Assembly: GCF_006345805.1 (NCBI RefSeq)
Contig: NC_043006.1
Coordinates: 20,584,001-20,648,000, forward strand
Length of the DNA stretch: 64,000 bases
Source of the DNA: Octopus sinensis
Lineage: Eukaryota
Direction of reading: 5' to 3'
Positions within the stretch are counted from its first letter, which is position 1; every line of letters starts with the position of its first letter. The position numbers and the translations under genes are program-made. Shown here piece by piece: positions 24,314 to 33,627 of this stretch. Under the pieces are notes generated by a model, which saw only the letters and a program-made list of their open reading frames with translations, did no database searches and was not told where the DNA came from.

Positions 24314-26730
24314 TGATAGGATACCAAATTTCTGGCTCGCCTCGCTCCCGTGCACACACGAAAAGTTAGTCGAGTTATTCAATGAATTTGTGAGAGATCC
24401 TACAAAAACCTGATTGGTTAGCAAGAGGTATTACCTACTCCTGAAGAATAATGAAGCTAAATTTCTTCAAAACTATCGGCCCCATAACATGTCGATCTAT
24501 CACGTATAAAATTTTAACCTCCATCCTCGTGGAGAAAACATGCAAATTTATGGAACAGAAATATATTTTCTCCAGTGAACAAAAAGGGTGCCGACGAGGT
24601 TCATATGGATACAAAGACCAACTCTTAATCAATCGCATGACTCTTGAAAACTGTCATAACATACATAGAAATCTCAGTTCTGCATGGATTGATTATAAAA
24701 AGACCTTCGACAGCTTACGCATTTATAGATTTTGAAATCGCTGGATATCTTCAAAATTTCTCTTGTGATTTCAAACTTCCCTAAGCGCAACATTTCAATG
24801 TGGAATACGAATCTCTAACTATACCACCCTAATGGAGTTCTGATCACAAAAAATATTAAGATCAACTGCGACATTTTCCAAGGTGACTCACTTTCACCTT
24901 TAATTTTCTGCATAGCCCTAATACCTCTTACAAATGAACTTAACAGAACAGGGTATGGATATAAAATTGGTGACGAGAAAATAAGTCATCTATTTCATAT
25001 AGATGATTTTAAACTCTATGACAAAGACGATAATGAGCTTGAAAGACTACTATGTACTATGAAAGCATTCAGTGATGACATTGGGATGGAATTTGGTTTT
25101 GATAAATGTGTCAAAGCCACTTTCTAGAAAGGGAAACTGAAGACTTCACATTCAATGGTGTTGACACAGTCATAAAAGAACTCGAACAGGAGCAAACTTA
25201 CAAATACCTCGGAATAAAGGAAGGCTCTAGCATTCAGCATGCAATTATGAAAGAGATCAGGGAGAAGTGTTACAGGAATGTTCGAGTAGTCCTAAAATCT
25301 GAGTTAAATGCACGTAACAAGATGTTAGCTATAAGTTCCTTAGCAGTTCCTGTTGTTATTTACGGTTTTAATGTGTTGAACTGGAATATGAGCGAAATAA
25401 AGAAAATTGACTGGAAAATCCGTAAGTTACTGATGCACCTCCCAAAGGCAGACGCAGATCGTCTTCACCTATCTAGAGCTCAAAGAGGTCGAGGCTTGAT
25501 CCAATTTGGAATCTCCTACAAAACCACCACAAAATATCTTGAGACATCCAACGACAGGATGCTTAAAGCTCGTTGAAAACCATGAAAGACGTAAGAAGCT
25601 TCATTCTGTTATGTAGGAGATCAAAAATTTTCAAGTGAGTTTATGCATAATACCTAGGTTGAACAGTATGAGGGAAGTGCATCAACTGTTGTTGCAAAGA
25701 AAGTGACATCAACAGTAAAACAAAATGCATTTGAGAAATTGGCTGATAGGTTGGAGCAAAAACCTCTGCATAGCAAATATGTGGCCCGTAGCAAACAAGC
25801 TGATGTAGACCAGAAGCACACCCATCAGTGCTACTGAGCTCAGGGCTAAAGGCAGAGAGTGAAGGCCTTATATTGGCTACCCAAGATCAGAGCTTATTGA
25901 CCCATAACTATCAAGTTAATGTTATGAAAAATGGTGTAGACTCCAAGTGCTGATACTGCAACGATGAGATAGAAAAAGTCGACCACCTAATCTGGATGTA
26001 AGGTTTTAGCATCAGTAGAGTACAAATCAAGACATGACAGAGTTGGCCAGTATCTACATTGGATAATGTATCGGCATTATAAAATCAAAACTGCTGACAA
26101 ATGGTACAGGTACCACCCTAAGGCTGTAACTGAGGGAGAAAATGTAACAATGTAACTATTCTTTTGGACTTCCCAGTAAGTACAGACCGGACCATGAAGG
26201 CAAATAAACCAGATATTGTTGTGAAAGACAAAAGCCATAAAGTATGTTTATTGATTGACATGAGCATACCCTGCGACCACAATCTCTCGGCAAAAGAATT
26301 TGATAAGCTCAGAAAATATAAAGATTTGCTAATCGAAATCGAAAAGATGTGGCATCTCAAGACAGTTATAATACCAGTGATTGTAGGAGCACTTGGAATG
26401 ATCAAAAAAGAAACTGAAAATTATTTAAGAATGATGTTTGGCTTACCATCTATGCAGGAAATGCAAAAGATTGTCTTAACTGGTACGTCACACGTATTGA
26501 GAAGAGCATTGTCGCTGTGAATTTTCTTTTCCTTTTTTGCCCTTTATTTTATTTGCTTACTTCTTTATTTTTTCTCTTTTCTTTTCCCCCTCTGTCTTCC
26601 CTTTTTTCTCTATCACATGAAATGTTTGTTTTAATGATCTACCAATGTATGCAGTACGTTTCTCTGACTCAGGTGTCATGTAGACGCCCGACAAAAAATG
26701 GAAACAGAATTGAAAGAAGGTGCTAATGAA
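24314..26730 (+). mobile_element. R4/Dong-type non-LTR retrotransposon (RT plus restriction-like endonuclease), 5'-truncated and decayed
   Basis: RT motifs GPITC, EQKGCRRGS, AWIDYKKTFDS, FQGDSLSP, YKYLGI. RLE motifs ANKPDIVV...LIDMSIP...KLRKYKDL and PVIVGALG. (AAT)-rich tracts at both ends. Confidence 0.85.
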
Positions 26731-27144
26731 AATAATGATAATAATAACAACAATGATACTAATGTTTCAAATTTTGGCACAAGGCCAGCAATTTCAGAGG
26801 ACGGGATTAATTGATTATATCGACCAATGTACTTGACTGTTACTTTATTTTATTGACCAATAATGATAATATCAATTCTTTCTCATTTTGGTACACGGCC
26901 CGGGAAAAAAATTTTGAGAGGAAAGCGAAATCGATTTTGTCGATCTTGAAAAGATGAACCTCAAAGTCGTCCTTCGCGGCATTTTGACGTTCATTGCTGC
27001 ACAAGTACCAGAAATATTTTTAGGAAATCCCGACTCGACTGTTTTGATTCCAGTATTTGACTGATTTTTTCTCACTCCAGGATTAGAACAATTCAGAATG
27101 TACACAGGTGATACTAAACACCGTAAGGCATTTTGAAAGGCAAC

Positions 27145-27283
27145 AATTCTGCTTACTACTACTACTACTACTACTACTACTACACTACTACTACTACTAC
27201 CACCACCACCACCACCACCACCACTACTACTACTACTACTACTTACTACTACTACTACTACTACTACAACAACTACTACTACT
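27145..27283. repeat. (CTA)n/(CCA)n compound microsatellite
   Basis: Visible trinucleotide runs. Confidence 0.95.
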
Positions 27284-27677
27284 TGTTTGTTTGTTTGTTG
27301 AGCGAAGCGGTCTTCGTCCCAGAGCTCGCAAGGTGGGAGAAGTCCGAAACGTGGTCCTTTGCTATTCGTAAGACCCGCAGAAGAGAAAGCAGGTCAACCC
27401 CCGACACCGAGAGCATCGACGGATGGATGAATGCGCATCCAGACTCAGCGGTTGCGTAGGAAGTCGGGGGACAAGAAACAGGAAGAAAGAGTGAAAGAAA
27501 GTTGGAGCGAAAGAGTACATACAACAGGGGTCGCCACCCCCACCCCCTGCCGGAGCCTCGTGGAGCTTTAGGGTGTTTTCGCTCAATTAACACACACAAC
27601 GCCCAGTCTGGGAATCGAAACCGCGATCCTCCGACCGCGAGTCCGCTGCCCTAACCACTGGGTTATTGCGCCTCCAC
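27284..27677 (-). mobile_element. SINE family A variant (A2): same head and core, different 3' tail ending in (AAAC)n
   Basis: 27470-27677 matches the SINE-A 5' half, whereas 27284-27470 is unrelated to the SINE-A tail. Confidence 0.85.
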
Positions 27678-28333
27678 TCTGTTGCTGCTGTTGCTGCAGT
27701 TGCTGTTTATTTTATTGCTATACAAGGAAACATGGTCTGTTTTTTTTAATTATTATTCAGTTTTTATTGAGTGCTCTGCAGGGAAATTCTCGAGCCTTTA
27801 TTACTTCGTATTGTAGTACACCTACACACTACACACATACACACGCGCGCGCATGAACGCACACACATACACTCACATACACACAGAAATGCATACACAC
27901 ACGTGTCTGTGTGTGTGTGTGTGTGTAGTCATTTAGTTTCGTCATGTAAATTAACTTTGTTTGGGATTATACATTTTTCAGTCTTTAATCTTCCTCGCTA
28001 CGTTTGTTAAGTGGAGTGTAACCAGAATCTGAGGAAAGAAAGAAAGAAAGAAAGAAAGAAAAAGCAATTAATGTGACAAATGTAAATTCAAACAACACCC
28101 ACATACGCACGCACACACACGTACTGGATTCTTTTTTTCACCTCTTTACAATACAAGCGTCCCATAAGTACAAGCATGCATACATATATCCACACACACA
28201 GGCACACAGACACAGACACACATACACATACACACAAACATACACATATATAATTGTGTTATCTACCTATCTCACAAACATACACATATATAATTGTGTT
28301 ATCTACCTATCTACCTATCTCTACCTACGTAGT

Positions 28334-28579
28334 GTAGATGAAAGCTTTAGTGACTGAAGAAGGGGTTTTTTTCTTTGTGTTAATTGTCCTGTATTCTATT
28401 TTTTTTTGTTGTTTTTAAATATATGTCCAGTTCCTTTGGTTTGTGTCTATGTTTTCGTTTCTCATTGTGTTCGACGTCCTTTTGGTGTCCTGTACTCATA
28501 TATGCGTGTATATGTACATGTAGAGGTAGGTACGTACATATATGTTTATATATATGCATATGGTTTATTTTATTTATTA

Positions 28580-28638
<59 letters not shown>

Positions 28639-29233
28639 AAAAAAATAGAATACAGGACAATTAACACAAAGAAAAAAACCCTTCTTCAGTCACTAAAGCT
28701 TTCATCTACTCTACGTTTCGAAGGGTAAAAGCGAGACGTATCTTCGACAAGAAAACTTTCCTTCCTGCGAAAAGCAAATCAATTAAAATTCTGAGATCTT
28801 TTCGCAGAGGGGTAAAAAATAGTAACAACAGGACAGTAACGACAGTGCAAATTGTAAACAGTAGAAGACAGGACAGGGAAAACAAGATAAGAAGGGCTGT
28901 TGACGCCGAACGAAAAAAAGTATTACAAACGCAGAATTTTTTATGGACGACGAGCGGAGGAAAAAGAGTGACGTCCATTACTTTGAAAGAGCCAGGCGAG
29001 AGAGACAGTAGCGGAAATATATATATAGTTAATCCAAACATGAAACACAGAGAAAACACAACAACGCGAGGACGTGGAACAAGTATAGTGTTATTGGACC
29101 CTCAGGAAAGGAAAGAATGAAGGAGGATTTAACGTTTCGAGCGGAGCTCTTCGTCAGAAACATTGGAAAAGGAAAGATCTAAGGAAGGGAAGACGGAGGG
29201 AAAAATCGCCAACGGTACACACGCGGTCACATT
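28334..29233 (-). mobile_element. Penelope-like non-autonomous element with an inverted partial terminal repeat around (TA)n
   Basis: Arms 28334-28407 and 28638-28709 are inverted (1-nt indel). 29030-29233 is homologous to 56098-56310, and 28681-29000 to 30460-30760. Hammerhead motif at 29127-29161. Confidence 0.65.
29127..29161 (-). ncRNA. Minimal type I hammerhead ribozyme motif
   Basis: Minus strand GTTT-CTGACGA-A-GAGC(TCC)GCTC-GAAA-CG-TT-AAAT gives the conserved core, stem II, palindromic stem III and stem I with one G-U pair. Confidence 0.65.
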
Positions 29234-29251
29234 TTGTAGTATATATGTATA

Positions 29252-30140
29252 TAGGGTGCGTAAGATATTTGAGGACAGATTTATGTTTATAGAAATACAG
29301 ATATATAATAACAGATAACTTTGTTTATCAAAAAATGCTATGAGGATAAAAATAAACCTCCCTTTCTATAATGTTATTCAATAAAGCCACCTTCATCTTC
29401 AACAACTGCTTCTATATGAAATCTAAATCATGCTCGAATCAGTGGTCCTGGTTCCTTTTAGACATTACTCTGACTATGGCAGCTTTCAAGAATCTTTGGT
29501 GTTATAACACTTGGAACTTCAGAAGAGTCTGCACATAACCATCTGTCATTTCTTCTGTTAACTTTTTGATCTTGGTCGCAGTTTTTCTCGTTTGAGAAAA
29601 ACCAAATCAAATCTTTTTCTGATGGATTTTTCAGTTTGCTTAAGAGCCTTTTAGATCTGGTGTGCTTTTTCTGACAAATTGACCTTCCCTCATCATGTAA
29701 GACTTATATATGATGTCTTCGTGGACAGCATTTCTGACTGATTCTTCTGACACATGAAGATCTTTTGCAATTGACCCCATAGACTTTCTGAGATTGTAAT
29801 CAATGATCTGTTGAACTTGTAGGATAAATTCAGGTGTTCTGATGATTTCAGAGCATTTAGAATGCTTTTTATGCTTTGATACTGGTGATACGTTTCCATC
29901 TTCAGTCTCTAACTCCTTACAAACTTTGTAGCCGAAAGATCTGGCAAGTTTTAAAAATCGAGATATTTCTAAATCACTATGCTCAGCCTTTATAACCACA
30001 ATAACAGCATGCCTCTTCATTTCTTGAGTAAGCTGAGGGTCTGCTATTATTATTTTTTGAAACAAAGATTCTACAGAGTTAGCAAAAAAGGCAGCAATGA
30101 TCCCCCACAAAATATGTCCTCAAATACTTTACGCGCGCTA
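29252..30140 (-). mobile_element. Tc1/mariner element, internally deleted
   Basis: Imperfect ~31-bp TIRs tagggtgcgtaagatatttgaggacagattt / aaatatgtcctcaaatactttacgcgcgcta in TA context. HTH-region peptide IRTPEFILQVQQII...IAKDLHVSEESVRNAVHEDIIYKSY and C-terminal VVEDEGGFIE. Most of the catalytic domain is missing. Confidence 0.85.
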
Positions 30141-30183
30141 TATATATACATACATACATACATACATACGTACATACATACAT

Positions 30184-30247
<64 letters not shown>

Positions 30248-30332
30248 TATATATATTATATATATATATATATATAAATATATGCATATATACATACATA
30301 TATGTACATACCTACATATATATGTATACATA

Positions 30333-30760
30333 CATATATGGGTACAGGACATCAAAGAAACGTTGAACACAAAAAGAAACGAAAACATAAAAACAAAAAC
30401 ATAGAAACGAACTTTTTTTCGAACAACGAAAAAACAAACAGAGAAACGTGACATAAAATATAAAGAATATTCTCCTTCTCCAGTTGTCCATGTTTCATCT
30501 AGTCCGCGTTCCGAAGGTAAGGACAAGACGCGACTTCGTTGAAACAGTCCTTCCCGCAAAGCAAATTAAATAATATTTGGGATTTTTTGCGGAGGGTGAA
30601 AGTGCCAACAAGAACAGGACAGTGAGAACAAAACAGTAAAAACAAACGTCGAGGGCTGTTAAACCAAGACGATAGAAAAATCCTTCTGAACGCTAGGAGG
30701 ACGAGCTTATGAAGGAGACAGTATAAGCACGTTGTTGTTTTTACGAAGGTAGTAGTCAGA
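30333..30760 (-). mobile_element. Penelope-like terminal repeat relative
   Basis: Diverged homologue of 28410-29000; abuts the (TA)n tract at 30197-30277. Confidence 0.55.
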
Positions 30761-31012
30761 AAGATAGATTCACTTTCGTCACGTGTCAGCGACGAGAGAG
30801 TCGAGGAAGAGGAGGGAGAGAGAAGGAACGGTGAAGGGGAGAGGAGAAGAATAGGGAAGGGTGGGAAAGAAAACCAGAAAGGATGAAGAACAAGAGAGGG
30901 AGAGAGATAGACAGAGAAGAGATAGTAAAGATAGAAGAGTGCGCATCGTAATTGTTAAGATAAAACTTACTTGGAAAAGGATGCGTGGCGTTCGATCATA
31001 TAATAATATAAA

Positions 31013-31409
31013 TCTTTATATATAAAAGTGAAGTTGTGTGTCTGTCTCCTACGATTTAGATTCCTAACTACTCCCACATTTTGCGGTGCAGTTTAACCAA
31101 AACCGGGTATCTTATAGTCGTGATTCATATCGAGCCCTTCTGGGTATTAGCGCGCGTCTACGATGAGTCTACGATATTAAAAATAATTTACCATCATTTT
31201 TTCCATTTTAATGCATTTTTTCGCTATTATATAAGGGAAGTAACTCTCTAAAAATGTCTACGATGAGTCAACGATTTTAAAAAAACTTTACCATAATTTT
31301 TTCCCCATTTTTAATGCATTTTTTTTCTATTTTTTTGGCTATAACTCTCTAAAAATGCTTTATAGTTATTTCCCTTACAAACCCGAGCAACGCCGGGCGA
31401 TACTGCTAG
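31013..31409 (+). mobile_element. Non-autonomous Helitron
   Basis: A|TC start, 3' hairpin cccgagcaacgccggg, CTAG|T end, and an internal ~100-bp tandem duplication (31158-31360). Confidence 0.85.
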
Positions 31410-31991
31410 TAATATATAAAAATATGCATATATACATACACATATGCACATACCTACATATATATATATATATATATATACATGCATAAGCTTATGTATT
31501 TGTTTTGAAAGATCCCTCTGCAAAATCGTATGTTGAAATAGGTATTGTTATTTTGGGGGCTGGTTGTATTTTTGCCAATTAAACCCACTCACTATGTGCT
31601 TGGTCTTGTTATGCTTATTTTAGTCTCCTTTGCTCTTTCGTCACACATCCTGCGACCTCTTCAACGACTCTTTACTCATGGATCTCCTCTTGCTCTGTTT
31701 AATTCATTCTGTCTTTCTGTGGTATGTATTCTTATCTGAGCATGCGTTTGCGTTTGTGTCTCTGTGCGTGTATGTATGTGTATGTATGTGTATGTGTGTG
31801 TGTGTGCGTCTGTGTGTATATGTGTTTTGTGTGCGTGTATGTGAGTTTGTTTACTACACGGCTTGTACCCGTGCCTTTTATTTAGTTATTATTTAATCGT
31901 TTATTTAATTCTTTATTTCTATTCCCGTCTTTGGTATTAGTAAGTGTGTCTTGCAGGTACGTATTCGGGTTTATGTATTATGTATAATACT

Positions 31992-32409
31992 TATTTCTTT
32001 TCTACCCACAAGGGGCTAAACAGAGAGGGGACAAACAAGGACAGACATAGGTATTAAGTCGATTACATCGACCCCAGTGCGTAACTGGTACTTAATTTAT
32101 CGACCCCGAAAGGATGAAAGGTAAAGTCGACCTCGGCGGAATTTGAACCCACAACGTAACGGCAGACGAAATACCTATTTCTTTACTGCCCACAAGGGGC
32201 TAAACACAGAGCGGACAAACAAGGACAGACATAGGTATTAAGTCGATTACATCGACCCCAGTGCGTAACTGGTACTTAATTTATCGACCTCGAAAGGATG
32301 AAAGGTAAAGTCGACCTCGGCGGAATTTGAACTCGCAACGTAACGCAGACGAAATACCGCTAAGTATTTCGCCCGGCGTGCTAACGTTTCTGCCAGCTCT
32401 CCGCCTTAA
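31992..32409 (-). mobile_element. SINE-B head-to-tail dimer within one TSD
   Basis: 12-bp TSD atgtataatact at 31980-31991 and 32410-32421. Sense junction aaagaaatag|gtatttcgtc. Confidence 0.92.
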
Positions 32410-32439
32410 ATGTATAATACTGTTTGTATGAGTATACCA

Positions 32440-32828
32440 GCGCAAGAGTGGGTCTGTGGTAAGAAGTTTGTGTCCCAACCCATTGTTCTAGGTTCAAGCC
32501 CACTGCATGGCATCTTGGTCGAGTGTCTTCTACTATAGCCACGGGTCGACCAAAGTCTTGTTGGTGGATATGATAGACGGAAACTGGACGGAGATCGGCG
32601 CATGCATGTCTGTATATATCTGAGTGTGACTTTGTATATGGGTTTGTCACCCTACCTGACTACCGGTGTCGGTTTGTTTACGTCCCCGTAGCTTAGCGGT
32701 TCGGTAAAAACGACCGATATAATGAGTACCAGGCTTAAAAAGAAATTAGTACGATGGTTAATTTGATCGACTGTACCCTTCAAGGTGGTGCTATGAAATA
32801 GCCGCAGTCCAATGACTGGAAAAAGTAA
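32440..32828 (+). mobile_element. SINE family C, older diverged copy
   Basis: Collinear with SINE-C but carries many substitutions. Confidence 0.8.
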
Positions 32829-32841
32829 TACATTTATATAA

Positions 32842-32914
<73 letters not shown>

Positions 32915-32975
32915 CATACACAGGTGGACACCGTTAATCGAAAAGTTAACTTCGTTCATCTTTAATCCGTTAATG

Positions 32976-33194
32976 CAGTGGTTTTCAATCAGGATTCCGC
33001 GGAACCTTAGGGTTCCGCCAGTACAGTCCAGGGGTTCCGCAAGAAGTTACAAAACTGCTAAAATCGGCAGTAATTTTTAATTCTCCTGTGCAGCTATGTG
33101 TGCATAAGACTATTAAATTATTGCACAGGGGTTTCTCGAGCCAGTGGAATGTTTCCTTGGGGTTCTGCTCCAGCAAAAAGTTTGAAAAGCACTG
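32976..33194. mobile_element. hAT (Buster/Charlie-type) MITE
   Basis: TIRs cagtggttttcaatc / gtttgaaaagcactg. 8-bp TSD cgttaatg / cgttaacg with central TA. Confidence 0.88.
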
Positions 33195-33627
33195 CGTTAA
33201 CGTTAACTTTTATTGAAAAAAGGCATATCTACAGTTTAATAATCTACGGATTTTGTTGCCTCATAACTTCCAGAAAAATGGATACTTTTTAATGAAATTT
33301 TCATCACCTAATTGCTTATATCCTGTAAATTGAGTGTATGTAAAGATTTGTTGGAAAATTTTTCCGAGGTGTTGGTGAGAGGAGTTTCGGAAAATTCACA
33401 GGACCCGACATTTCCCCCCTCATAACTTTCTAGAAAATAGGTAGTTTTTAATGAAATTTTATACAAATGCCTTTCAAACGGTGTAGATTACGATTACAAA
33501 GAAATCTGTAGGCAAAATGTTTGGAAGGGGACGGGGGTAGAGTTTCTAGAAAACGGAGTTTCGGATCAGAAAGATGCCACGCAGTTTGACTGAACCCGGA
33601 ATCATGTGGTTGGTTAGCAAGCTACTT

